The position numbers were made by a program, and so were the translations under genes. From positions 96,286,001 through 96,350,000 of the forward strand of contig NC_042998.1 in the NCBI RefSeq assembly GCF_006345805.1: 64,000 bases of DNA, given 5' to 3'. The stretch is from Octopus sinensis. Lineage: Eukaryota. Positions 38,175 to 51,621 of this stretch are shown here, piece by piece; the first letter of the stretch is position 1, and each line of letters starts with the position of its first letter. Under the pieces are notes generated by a model. It was given only the letters and a program-made list of their open reading frames with translations. It was not told the origin of the DNA and searched no databases.

Positions 38175-39401
38175 AAAGTTATGGAATGACTATTTCCAAT
38201 CCCATACAAATTTCTGGCCTTCTACCCTCATTCTTCAATATGAAAATCATCCACAACCTTTCATCTTAATAAACCACTATTGTCCCTGAAAGTTGTTTTT
38301 TTTATATTTACTATGGATTGCTTGAAGCTAACTTGGGTTACTTGGTACACACACAGGCACACACACACACGTTTCTTATACATATTACCTTTATTCATAT
38401 TTGCCTTACATATATACAGGCAGCACATATATACCTATGTTATATAGTAGACTACACACACATACACACACACATCTGCATTTCAAGCAAGCATCCTTTC
38501 TTACTTCTTCATTCACCCACATCATATCATTTGTTTATTTATTTATTTTTTGATGGGGTAAGTTTTCTTGATTTTTCATAGACCCTTGTGTCAAAATATA
38601 GACTCTTCATTACAAATTAGAATTTACGGAGAATTCGTTTTGGAAATTATGAACAATAGCCACCGTACAATATAACGTTTGAAGAAAATCAATTTGCTGC
38701 TTTCTTATTGAATATATCGTTATTTTTGATTATCAAAACAGTGAATCACCGCAAATTCTTGGGCTTGGTAAATTGAGTCAAAGACGTATTCATCAGAAAG
38801 AATACACCATCATCATCATCCCCATCATCATCATCATGATTTTCCACGTTTTCGATGCTGGCATGGGATGGATGGATGGTTTGACAGGTTCCAGCAAGCT
38901 ATGAGACTGCCTTGAGTACTAATGTCACCTTTGGCATCAATTTTTACCCTTGATTCTTTTCCTAACACCAAAATACTCACCCAATTGCTAAGATACCTTT
39001 TCTAATGCCAAGATGCTGCATCATTGTTTGAAATTAGAAGGCATAATTAATATGTTGTCCCTGATTCAAATTAATTTATATTTTCTTTTCATTCATTGTG
39101 TTTTATTTTGAAATGCTGAGTAATGACAAAAATACACACAGACACATGCTCATACACAGAACCCACAGGCACACATGCTCAAATCACCATAAACATATAT
39201 AGTCACACAAATACAAATATATACAAGTTCTTTATACATACTCATGTATGTACTTCTATACACTTGTGTCACATGCATATGTGTTGCACATGTCTACGAA
39301 TACCTTGTATATTAGCTTCATTTGTTTACATACATGTACCACTCAGATATACAAATACAGCTGTACCACAAGCAGCATATACTTCATTAACCCCCTACTT
39401 G

Positions 39402-39433
<32 letters not shown>

Positions 39434-39602
39434 CATACACACATTTGCACTTACATACATACAATATATATATATATCTATATATAAATTACACACTCAC
39501 ATATATGTGTAATTTATCCAAGGATTTTTTAAAACCCAATATTAACACGCTATTATTTATAGCTTTATCTGATTCTATTTATAGCTTTATGTGTGTGTGT
39601 GT

Positions 39603-39637
<35 letters not shown>

Positions 39638-39846
39638 ATAAGTGAATTTTTGGAAATATGTTCCTAATTATAGGCCTTGGTTTTGCTCTTACATGGTTGA
39701 AATTTTGCATCAGGAAAGTGAGTTTTCCTGAAATTTTTTCTTATTAATTTTTAACACATGAAAAAATATAAAAGTATTTTATACTCCCCTCAACTCCAAG
39801 TATTGAAATAGACATTAAAAAATTTACTAATCAAAAAAATAAATCA

Positions 39847-40347
39847 TCTAACATAATAAATGTGAATGTCAGTGTGTTACACTTTTTCAACTTTACTCCT
39901 AGAGGCCGTAGCCCAAAATATCATACCATTTTGGAATCAGACCAACTTGGTGAGTAAATTAAAAATATTCCAGGCCAAATCTGGACCCGCAATCCTGAAA
40001 TTTTGGATTCTGAAGTTACTGCAATTGTTTTCGGTAATTCTTTTACATGATTTTTTTTGTGATAAATTTTCTTGTACGATAACAATTTTAATAACTTGGA
40101 AATAAATTTTGGGAATAATTAAAATTAATTGCAAAATCTAGGGATTATTTTTGGCAATTTTTTTTTTTTTTAATTGATTTTTTGCAACAAATATGATCAT
40201 TTTGGGGATATGACTCTGGAGGAAGCAATTGCACCAAATTCTCCAAAACAAGTCAGAGCTCTGTTCGCAGATCTTCCTATTTAGGGTCAGTAGCTTAAAA
40301 CCTATATCCTAGCTTAAGAGATGCCCAATAGGGTGGCTTAAGCTAGT
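39847..40347 (+). mobile_element. Non-autonomous Helitron retaining a short Rep/helicase-derived coding fragment
   Basis: A|TC start, 3' hairpin GCCCAATAGGGT then CTAG|T; 40190-40270 translates DHFGDMTLEEAIAPNSPKQVRALFA, compared with Helitron HW..TLEEA....SP.QLR.LFA. Confidence 0.75.
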
Positions 40348-40467
40348 TAAAAATAATTACAGAAATTAGTACAATATTTTGGAAAAACAAAGACATGTTT
40401 GACAAGTGTTTGTTTACATCCTTGTAACTAAGCAGTTTAACAAAAGTCACTGATAGAATATTGGATT

Positions 40468-40683
40468 ATTGGTTTCAAATTTTGGCACAAGGCCAGCAAT
40501 TTCAGGGGCAGAGGTAAGTTGATTATATCAACCCCAGTGCTCTACTGGTACCTATTTTATTGACCCTGGAAGGATGAAAGGCCAACCTCAGTGGAATTTG
40601 AACTCAGAATGTAAGGATGGACAAAATGCCACTAAGCATTTTCACTGGCTTGCTAACAACAATTCTGCCAGCTCACTGCCTTC
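40468..40683 (-). mobile_element. SINE family B, CpG-decayed; similar copies at 31145-31295, 34140-34290, 43650-44070 (two), 46040-46243, 46835-47032
   Basis: Family core with TpG/CpA replacing CpG. Confidence 0.85.
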
Positions 40684-40923
40684 AGCTATTTAAAGATTAC
40701 TACACGCATTTTTTAAAATGGAATTTATCAAAAATATAAGTAAATTCATGTGATTATATATTAGGTGTAAATAGACGTGGGCAAAGCCAGATACAGCTGC
40801 TGTGTGTGCACATGTTTATGCATGTGTGTACATGTGTGTATCCGTGTCTTAATATGTTGGAGTATATGTACTAATCTGTATCTCTGCAGTTGATATATGT
40901 ACATATACATCCAAATCATATAC

Positions 40924-40954
<31 letters not shown>

Positions 40955-41420
40955 CACACACACATATTTCCATATATAGTTAGATATATACGTTAACACA
41001 TAAGTGTACGTGTGTGTTTGTTTATAGAATTGCATGTGAGAGTTTGTCTAATCCTAAATGGTTGTGTGTATGTATTACAGGTGGTTTATATCTAGATGTT
41101 TCTATTTTTATTTACGGCTTAGTCATCTCTGGACTCTCGTTTTCTGCTGCCAGTTGTTGGGCTGCTATAGAGAACAATAAGCTAACACACAGATACATAG
41201 ATACCACAAAGTATCCTGTCTGATGCTCTAAACAATTTTGCCAATCCACTGCTCTTGACTGATACTTTGTTTATTGGCTCCTAAACGACTATGAGATTTG
41301 AACTCAGAGTGCAGACAGCCAGACCAAATCCTCCCAAGCAATTTCTTCTAGTTTGGCCCTGAGATCATCCATGTCTTGTGGGTAAATTTGGTTCATAGAA
41401 ATTGAACAAATTCCATCAGA

Positions 41421-41451
<31 letters not shown>

Positions 41452-41679
41452 GTGTGGCACGTAAAAAACACCCACTACACTCGCGGAGTGGTTGGCGTTA
41501 GGAAGGGCATCCAGCCGTAGAAGCACTGCCAAATCTAACTGGGCCTGATGAAGCCTTCCGGCTTCACAGACCCCAGTTAAACCGTCCAACCCATGCTAGC
41601 ATGGAAAACGGACGCTAAATGATGATGATGATGATGATGATGTGTGTGTGTATATATATATATGTATATATATGTATAT

Positions 41680-41897
41680 GTTTCCTTCCGGTCTTTCAAA
41701 ATGTGACCTCGTGTGTACCGTTGGCGATTTTTTTCCTCTGTCTTCCCTTCTCTGGATCTTTCCTTCTCCTATGTTTCCGACGAAGAGCTCCACTCGAAAC
41801 GTTGAACCCTCCTTCTTTCCTGAGCGTCCAATAATACTATATTTGTTCCACGTCCTCGCGTTGTTGTGTTTTTTTGTGCTTTCTTGTTTGGATTAAG
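41680..41897 (+). mobile_element. Short element within TA-rich microsatellite carrying a minimal hammerhead-like motif (41773-41807)
   Basis: GUUU-CCGACGA-A-GAG CUCCA CUC-GAAAC-GUU-GAAC; core has C in place of U4. Confidence 0.65.
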
Positions 41898-41909
41898 TAT
41901 GTATATATG

Positions 41910-41940
<31 letters not shown>

Positions 41941-42325
41941 GTATATGTATATATGTATATATATATGTATATATATGTATATGTGTATATATATATGTAT
42001 ATATATGTATATGTATATATATGTATATGTGTATATGTATATATATATGTATATATATGTATGTATATGTACATATATGTATGTATATGTATATATATGT
42101 GTGTATATGTATATATATATGTATATATATGTATGTATATGTACATATATGTATGTATATGTATATATATGTATGTATATGTATATATATGTATGTATAT
42201 ATATATGTATATGTATGTATATGTATATATATATGTATATATATGTATATGTATATATGTATATATATGTATATATGTGTTATATATATATATATATAAA
42301 TATACACATATATGTGTGTGTATAT
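41898..42325. repeat. Long degenerate (TATATG)n/(TA)n array
   Basis: Directly visible; source of the 140-217 aa Y/I/M/C ORFs. Confidence 0.95.
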
Positions 42326-42774
42326 CAGCCTCGTGATCACTTCATCATTGTTTTGATGTCTACTTTCTATACTTGCATAGGTCAGATAAGAGGCCATTGG
42401 TGCAAATATTTTGTGCAGCCAGACACCCCTCCTGTCACCAACTCTCACCTGTTGAGCGATAATAGTCTCTTCCAGTCTATCAAACAGCAAACAGCCCAGA
42501 AATGTTTACATGAGAAACTGAATACAAATGTAGCACTGTATTCTGTGTACATTTTAAATATTAAAATCTCATAACACATCAAGAATCCTGGACATGCTTT
42601 TATGATGGACTGCAAGCAAACAATATCCTTTCTTAACTACCAGTGAATGAATTTGAGAGGAAAATACAATCTCATACCAGCACAAAAATGCACACATACA
42701 CACATACCTATCTATCTGTTTAGCTACACACACATGCATGTGCATGCACACACACGCACGCATACACAAATGAA

Positions 42775-43010
42775 AGCATTAGCTCAGTGGTTAGAGTGTA
42801 GGGCTTACAATCGTGAGGTTGTGAGTTCGATTCCCAGACTGGGCTGTGTGTTGTGTTCTTGAGCAAGACACTTTATTTCACATTGCTCCACTCCACTCAG
42901 CTGTAGAAATGAGTTGTAACATCACTGGTGCCAAACTGTATCCTTGTACAACATCATTGGTGAGGAAAGGGGGATATTGGTTTGCATGGACGACTGCTGG
43001 TCTTCCACAA
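42775..43010 (+). mobile_element. SINE family C, truncated and abutting an inverted SINE A fragment (43011-43160)
   Basis: TAGCTCAGTGG (A box) and GTTCGATTCC (B box); body matches 52689-53019. Confidence 0.85.
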
Positions 43011-46000
43011 ACGGGCTTCCTTCAGTGTCTGCCTACTAAATCCACTCAAAATGGTTTGGTCAACCTGAGGCTGTAGTAGAAGACACCTGAGGTGCCATAC
43101 TTTGGGACTGAACTTAAGCCACATTATTGATGAACTAACTTCTTAACCATGCATCCTTGCTTGTGTCTCTGTGTGCATGCACACAAAGGAGCATTATATA
43201 TTATGCAAGGGTTACATAAGCTTATCATAAAACTACATTCTATAGTAAATATACTGGCAAATTAACAGAGTCAAGCCTATTTTAAGGATAGTTCTGTTAA
43301 TGAGGAAATAACTGCTTTATTTATGCAAACTAATGTCTTCTCACTTGTGTAGGCTTCTATAGTTGTTGCTTCATGAATAATTAATTTCTTATTTACATGC
43401 AAGGTTACCAAAATTCGTAGAGGAGAAGGGGAATTAGTTTTCATGATATTTATAACTTACTTCCCCAGTGTACAACCTATATGAAGTGTGTTGGCATTGG
43501 CCACAGATTATTAGTGTAAGTGCATAATTGGCAATTCTTTTAATTGATACAGTTGTTAATGCTTTGCTCTGTCGTCTCTTTCCCTAATTGCTTTCAGCTA
43601 TATTGTTTGTTATTCATACATTAGCCGTATTATTATTGGCAGAAAATGACAGTGGCTTGGCAGAATTGTTAGCACAGTGAACAAAATGCCTTGTGTGCTC
43701 CTCCTCATCCCCCACACACACATGGCTCTTAATGCTGCAAGTTCAAATCTCATCAAGATTGCCTTTGCCTTTCATCATTCTGGAGGTTGATGCAATAAAA
43801 ATGTCAGTCAAGTACTAGGCAATATAATTAACTAACCCCTACTCTAATATTTCAAGCCTTGTTCCTACACTTGAAAAATTGGTTATATTCATTTTATATT
43901 AAGTCATTGTTTTGCCTCTTTATGTTACAAGTTCAAATGCTGCTGAGATCAGTTCTACCTTTCATACACTCTGGGTCAATAAAATAAGTATCAATTTAAG
44001 CATGGGGGTTGATGTAATCAGCTTTCCTCTCACCTTAAAACTGCTGGTCATGTCCTATAATTAGAAAGAATATTAATAGTCATCATCATTGTCGCTTGAA
44101 CATCTTTCATAAATCAGATGGCTTGAGGGGAAATGATAAGTACAAAGACTGCATCCTGCTCCACTGTTCTCTTTAGCATAGTTTCTACAATTGGATGCCT
44201 TTCTAATGCCAACCACTTGACAGAAATGTACTGGATGTTTTTTATGTGGCACCAACATCAATAGGAATGTCAACCACTTTACAGAGTGTACTTGTGCTTT
44301 TTATGAGGTCTCCAACTAACTTGGAAGAAAAAAATTCTTCAACTGGGAGGGGATAGTAGTATTGAGGGAGGTGGTTTTGTATCGTTGGTGGGAGATCAAA
44401 AGTATAGAGGGATAGAGATAGATGTCTTGCTGTTGAGAAGATGCTTGCTGGAAAGAAAAGGAAAAGAGAGTGAGTTAGAGAGTAAGACAAAATGAGTGTA
44501 CGTACGTACGTACATACATACATGCATACACACACACACACACACAACATTTGCACTCACACATGCACATACGATGGGCTTCTTTCATCAGTTTCTATCT
44601 ACCAAATTCATTTACAAGGTTTTAGTTAGCCTGGGTCTATAGTAGAACAGACTAGCCTAAGGTGCCATACTTGTGACAGACAACTGGACAAATTTTTGTT
44701 CTGGACCAACTTGTAAAATTGTCAACTATTAAATCTGATATTCTCTGTTGTGGAGAAAGAATATGCAGTGAAGAGTGTGTGATGAACATACCATGGATGA
44801 TTATGGACACTTATAGCAGATTTATATTTTGTGTTATCAGTTTATGCATTTTCAGTATCCTACAGCATGTACAGTTGATGTGTAATGGGACAGAGTCAAT
44901 GTATTTCATATTGCTTTATGTTTATTGGTCAAATCATTAATTTAGCACAGGGCCTCCGAAAATTAGGTTAAAATATAATTATTTAATGCCTAGTTAGATA
45001 ATGAATCATGATTTGTGGATAGAGGGAAGATTTCTTGTATAACTGAGTGATATGTCAAGTTGAAATTAAGTTAATTTATGTGATTTGTTTATGTAATAAT
45101 GTAGAAACAGCTAAAAAGGAATCTGATTATTAAATCAGGGTTTTTTTTTTGTTTATTTTTTTAACTTTCTATTGAACGACAGCTGAATACCCTCTTATTG
45201 AAATACCCCTTTACAAAGCAACATTTACATTTTTTTTTATTAGGTTATCCATGAGTGAATAGAATAAAATGACATCAGATATTCAGAAACCAAATTAACA
45301 GACAACTTGTATTTATAACTTGTATATATAATGTAGGACCTTGTAATTTATTCATTCATACATCATGTTACAACTATGTTAAACCCTTTCTAGTATAGCA
45401 TTTTATAGTGTGATGAAATAGGAAAGTACAAGCTGATCATCTGTACAGATTCTATGATGTCTACACCACACTGTTGCTCTCTCTCTCTCTATATATATAT
45501 ATATCTATTTGCTATTATTCTTCTATATTTATTATATAAACTTTATGTTCACTATTATACTTCTATATTTAGGGTGCTGGCATACTTGTGTGATTAAGAA
45601 ATTTGCTTCCTAACCACATGGTTTTGGATGCAGTTCCACTGTGGCATCTTCAACAAGTGTCTCTGAGTCATCCAAAGCCTTGTGAATGGATCTGGTCGAT
45701 GAAAACAGAAAAAGCCCATCACTTGTACAGACATACATGCATGCATGCATATTTATGTCTGAATGTGTATTTAAGTGTATGTTTGTGTTTCTTTGTCTTG
45801 ACACCACATAATAGTTGTAAATGAGTGTCACTGTCATACAAACAGTGTCATTCATTTCTAATATCCTGAAGAAAGATGTCTGGTCATGGCAAAATATACC
45901 TTGTTTGGAAACAGGTGAAGTTTGGCAACAGGAAGAGCATCTGGCTGAAGAAAATCTGCCTCAAATAACTCTGACCACAGGCAAGCCTGAAAAGTGGACA

Positions 46001-46319
46001 TTAATATAATAATAATAATAATAATAATAATCTCTACTATAAGCACAAGGCCTGAAATTTGATGGGAGGGGACTAATCGATTGCATCAACCCCAGCATTT
46101 CATTGGGACTTAATTTATCGACCTTGAAAGGATGAAAGGCAAAGTTGACATCAGCGGTATTTGAACTCAGAGCATAGTGATGGGCAAAATACTGCTAAGC
46201 ATTTTGTCCAGCATGCTAACAATTCTGCTATCTCACTACCTTTAATAATAATGATAATAACAATAATAATAATTATTATTATTGTTATAATGACGATGGC
46301 AAGGATATTTATTATTATA

Positions 46320-46668
46320 TAAGTATATTTACGATTATACTTCTTCATTTACTATCATATCTCCATATTCACTTTTACATCTGTATAGTTACTATTTTAT
46401 CTCTACATTTAGTACAATTACTTCTTTATTGACAAATATAACTCTGTATTTACTATAATACTTCTGTATTTACTATTATACACTTCTGTATTTACGCTAA
46501 TACTTCTATATTTACTTTTATGCTGTAATATTTACTATTACAGTCATATCTTTCGTATTATATCTCTGTATTTACTGTTACAACCTGTATTTACATACTA
46601 AAACTTCTCTATTTACTAATATACCTCAATATTCACAGTTATGCCTCTACATTTACCATCATACCTCT
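46320..46668. repeat. Degenerate 20 bp minisatellite, consensus about ACTTCTGTATTTACTATTAT, roughly 17 units
   Basis: Periodicity visible in successive 20-mers. Confidence 0.85.
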
Positions 46669-47176
46669 TTAATATTAAGCCCCTAAACTTCAAATCCCAG
46701 TGAAGTTAACTACCTTTCCTCCTTCTAGAGCCAGGTGAAAAAATACTGCGGCAAGTTTTGAAGTCAATGTCATTGACTGTTCTCTCTGCCATGTAGCTTT
46801 GCACCTAAGAAGACATCATTATTATCTCTATAAGGTGATTATCTGACAGAACCATTATTTCACTGGGCATTTAGTGGCATTTCATCCATCTTTAACATTC
46901 TGAGTTCAAATTCCACCGAGGTTGACTTTGCCTTTCATCCTTTCGAGGTGCCAGTTGAACGCTGGGGTTAATGTAATCAACTTACCCCCTCCCTTGAACT
47001 TTCTGGCCTTGTGCCAAAATTTGAAACCATTAGTATATATCTCTATATCAGTGTTTCTCAACCTTTTTTACCCTTGTATAACCATTAGAATAAATTACAT
47101 GTCTCAAGGAACCCTTGCACAAAAAAAATTATATACCATATACTTTTCTTGTAGTTCACATGGTAAATATCATATA

Positions 47177-47650
47177 TCATCATCATCATCATCATCGTTG
47201 TCGTTTAACGTCCGCTTTCCATGCTAACATGGGTTGGACGATTTGACTGAGGTCTGGCAAACCAGATGGCTGCACCAGACTCCAATCTGATCAGGCTGAG
47301 TTTCTACCGCTGGATACCCTTCCTAATGCCAACCACTCCGAGAGTGTAGTGGGTGCTTTTACATGCCACCGGCACGAGGGCCAGTCAGGCGGTACTGGCA
47401 ACGGCCACGCTCAAATGGTGCTTTTTATGTGCCACCTGCACAGTAGCCAGTCCAGCGCACTGGCAATGACCTTGCTTGAATGTTTTTTCACATGCCACCA
47501 GCACAAGTGCTAGTAGGCGACACAGATAACAATCACGCTCGGAATGGTGTTTTTAATGTGCCATTGGCTCGGAGGCCAGCTTGTTGCTCTGGCCCCGATC
47601 TCACTCGTATGGTTCTCTTAGCACTCCACTAGCATGGATGCCAGTCATCG
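47177..47650 (-). mobile_element. Family D repeat with internal tandem array of ~60 bp units
   Basis: GGTGCTTTT(T)ACGTGCCACC...CACGCTC unit recurs about five times from 47350. Confidence 0.8.
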
Positions 47651-47677
47651 AAAAACACTGAAATTCTGCCTTCAAAC

Positions 47678-47934
47678 CTGTGATTCTCAACCATTTTTGA
47701 CCTCTGGACTTCTTTAATTTCCATTTTATTCTACTGGACCCCTTTCCCTAGCCATTTGAAGTTTTAAAAGATTCCATTATATTTTTGTAATTAAATATTA
47801 GGAAATGTATTTAAAAAATTGCTAAAATATTTTGTGTATTATAGAAGTATAACTGATTTATCACACATGAATTTTAACACGAAAATTATATATGGATCCC
47901 CAAGGGTCATGAGGACCTTAGTTGAGAACCTCTG
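47678..47934. mobile_element. hAT/Charlie-type MITE; another left-end fragment at 47049-47165
   Basis: TIRs CTGTGATTCTCAAC / GTTGAGAACCTCTG. Confidence 0.75.
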
Positions 47935-48889
47935 CTTTAGAAGTTCAAGTATTCTAACCAAAGTATATTCAATTGAGACGTAGGATAGCGTGAATTGTTA
48001 TGCAAAATTAAAATTGATGAATGAATAAATTGTTTTGTTATGTAGGAACAACAGAGAACATAACATGTTCAAAGCAAAGGAATCCTCTATTTGTTTGCCT
48101 TCCTGCTAGAAATAACAACCTAATCTCCCTCAAGTCGCATTTCACTGTCTTAAATAAGGTACAAACATCAGATAGTTTAGTCATAGATACTGCAAGTAAC
48201 ATAATCAGAATTGGTCTGGAGTTAAACAGTAATATGGCTGAAGTATCAGACTCAATGGAGCTGGAAAATTAATGGTGCACCTGCATACAATATTTTGAAA
48301 GTTACTCTAAGGTGTTAACTGCAATTAAACACTAACCGCAGTCGGGTGCCAGTCTGCTGACTGGAAGGTTGATGGTACATATTGTTTGTCAGTTCCATTC
48401 CATTACAGTAAATAGACAAATTGAAGAAATATAAATCACCATAAAGGCAGCAGCAACAGCAGTAACAGTAGTAGTAGTAGTAGTAGTGTATAAACTGTTC
48501 AGTGTTTTATTACTATGCTCTGCTGGAGCTAAATCTTTCTATAGTTCCATGACAATGTGGAAACTCCTTGGTATGTCTATGCTAAGAAAATGTAAAATGT
48601 GTTTCTTTTGCAGAAGCATGTACAGGTATATGTGAACATTCAACATTACAACTCAAAGATAATGTCATTGGAAATATCATGCCATGTCAAATTTATAATC
48701 CATTACAACAAAGAAAAGAATCTTTGAAAAACTTGTACGACCTGTTCGCTTTGAAATAACTATGCCAGCAACTCTTTCTTGGTCGGTTTTGTTGAGTGAG
48801 TAGTACCCTGGTAGATCTGTAGAAATATCTAACAAAGATTGAATGTAATAATGAGTCAACAGTCAATTGTTGATACAATATATCAACAT

Positions 48890-49275
48890 AGGTGCAGGAG
48901 TGGCATGGCTGTGCGGTAAGTAACTTGCTTACCAACCACATAGTTCCGGGTTCAATCCCACTGCATGGCAAGTGTCTTCTACTATAGCCTCAGACTGACC
49001 AAAGCCTTGTAAGTGGATTTGGTTGAGGGAAACTGAAAGAAGCCCATCGTATATATGTGTATGTGTCTGTGTTTGTACCCCTACCATCGCTTGATAACTG
49101 ATGTTGGTGTGTTTATGTCCCCGTAACTTAGTGGTTCGGCAAAAGTTATCGATAGAATAAGTACGAGGCTTACAAAGAATAAGTCCTGGTATTGATTTGT
49201 TCAACTAAAGGCAGTGCTCCAGCATGGCTGCAGTCAAATGACTGAAGCAAATAAAAGAATAAAAATTAAAAGAAT
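48890..49275 (+). mobile_element. SINE family A, partly CpG-decayed
   Basis: Family motifs. Confidence 0.88.
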
Positions 49276-49429
49276 CTGATAGGCATGAAATTTCAATTTT
49301 TTTTCTTAAAGTTTTGTCTTACCCTCCCCAAATAGGAAGAAGGCCTACATACTTTTGTACATAATTCTATGTACTGAACATTCACCTTTGATGAGTTGTA
49401 AGTGCACCTGAGCACTATACACGATAATT

Positions 49430-49467
<38 letters not shown>

Positions 49468-49588
49468 CCACAGTAAATAATTCAAAGCAACAGCCAATGG
49501 CTGATGAGAATAATGAGGATGAGGATGATGATGATTGTAGTTATTTACTATATTGCTATTATCTTAAAATTACTAAATTCTTCTAATT

Positions 49589-49864
49589 CAGTGGTTCCCA
49601 AACTTTTTCAGGCTACCGCCCCCTTGACACCCAGGTCGCATTCCCAGCACCTCCACCCCAAGTAACCATCACAACCATGGACCTCTTTCTGAAGCAAATA
49701 CAAAGCAATTGCATTTCACAAATAAAACTGAACCTAATGAACCCATTATTTTGTGTTGTTTTTACATGAATCACTCCCTCGTTATTGCCCCACATTTCTT
49801 CAACACCCCCAGGAACTTTCTGCCAACCCAAGGGGGACAATACTGTCCAGTTTGGGAACCACTG
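49589..49864. mobile_element. hAT/Charlie-type MITE, 276 bp
   Basis: Perfect 16 bp TIR CAGTGGTTCCCAAACT; 8 bp TSD TTCTAATT/CTCTAATT. Confidence 0.9.
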
Positions 49865-50172
49865 CTCTAATTATATCTTTATTACCATAAAGGTATAATG
49901 GCTTCTAACATAACAGACACAAGGCCATGCATGTGATGTGACGGAACAACTGATTTAAATCTACCTTAATAACTTCATTGTTTCTTACTTTAACAGCACC
50001 AGACGAATGAAAGAAGTGAAGTCAACACTGGCTGTATTTGTTGTCAGAGCATAAAAGAATACAACTAAAACACCATGAAACATTTTCCCTAATATTCTAC
50101 CAATTCTCGTCCCCCCAAATTTCAGGCCTTATGTCTATAGTAGAAAAAATTATTATTATTATTATTATTATT

Positions 50173-50623
50173 GAGTAAGACTGGGGTAAAATACACGAAG
50201 CCCAGTATACCCATCTGATAAGGGCACACCAGACACATGCATTACAACCATATGTGTGTGACATAGTGATCTCATATCAGGATAAACAGCTCAAATGGTC
50301 CCTGAATAAAGATTGTTTAAGGATGTTGTATGAACCACCCATGTTTCCAAAGATGAATTATCCAAACCTCCAGGAATTCCTTTCAACACACAGCTATGAT
50401 GCTCCCCCACTACTCCTGCTCATGATCAAAGAGCACATATGGTCAGCCACTAAAGGACATGGTCAACTGGTTAAGGTCAAGCAACTGACAAGCAAATCTG
50501 TGGTAGTGAGCAGAATATTTGCTGTAGCCCATCTTTTATACCAAGACAAAGCAATGTACATGATAACACTTCCAATCAGTTAAGATCAGAAGCCATGGGA
50601 GCCACTGTCTGGTACTGCATCAG
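50173..50623. mobile_element. Unclassified ~450 bp element flanked by (TTA)n on both sides
   Basis: Higher-GC block between (TTA)n tracts at 50149-50172 and 50624-50642. Confidence 0.5.
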
Positions 50624-51621
50624 TATTATTATTATTATTATTGTTGTTGTTGTTGTCTCATCAACATGGGACCTCAGTTTCTTAGAAGAAGGAAATAAAG
50701 GTTTGTGATTTCAGTTGCAATGTAAATGAAGCTTTTCCCACTGGGAAATGAAACTGGGTCAGAATTAGAGTAGCTAACACACACACACATATATATTTTA
50801 TATATCATCATTGTTTAACATCCGTGTTCCATGCTGGCATAGGTTAGACAGTTTGACTGAGGACTGGTAAGCCAGTACGCTGCGCCATATATTATATATA
50901 GATATTGATATATATACTCAAAGAAAAATTATAAAAAATAATATATATATATATATATATATAGTATACAACAGAACAAGGAGTTTTTAGTAAAATCAGA
51001 CTGTGTCATATCTTGTTGCCTGAAATAAAATAGAGTTTAAAGTAGGACACACCCCCATTCATGACTACAAGGAAGCATTATTCATTTGATATTGCTTATA
51101 TTTCTGAATCAAAACAGAATGAATGTGTCATAGATATGCTTCTTTCGAACTCCTTCTCCTGATAACAAAAGTTTCTTCTACATGGGAATGGTAACAAAGA
51201 AATCAGAGAGTATAACTCTAATTTCGTAATAATAGTTAAACAGATATGACCAAATTGTGAACATAGAAAATTATTGTTCACTAAGGGATAGTTGAACTTT
51301 GAGACGAAGGTGGACAAACGTATGTAAAGGTGGAGAAAACTTATATAATGACAGATAGAGCTATATAATGTATTATCTAAAAATATTGAATCATACTTCA
51401 ATGCTACACATATGCATACACACACATTACATATGCATGTACATATATATATATACGTACACATATATATTCATATGTACATATATACAGATTACATATA
51501 CATATATTTATATTTGTATAAACACACGTGTTTATATATATATATATATGAATATATATATGTATGTATGTGTGTATATATATATATATACATATTTATA
51601 TATATATATATATATATATAT

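Noticed and set aside
41769-42574. Long ORFs of 125-217 aa, and similar YI/HT/CV-rich ORFs throughout
   Set aside because: They are translations of (TA)n/(TG)n microsatellites that lack stop codons by composition.
42775-42845. Functional tRNA genes at 42775, 52689, 34585-34654 and 8705-8785
   Set aside because: Acceptor stems are not formed; the first three continue into SINE bodies and the last is heavily degenerate.
47350-47650. CRISPR-like repeat-spacer appearance (also 46320-46668)
   Set aside because: Eukaryotic context, degenerate tandem units without unique spacers, and no cas genes.
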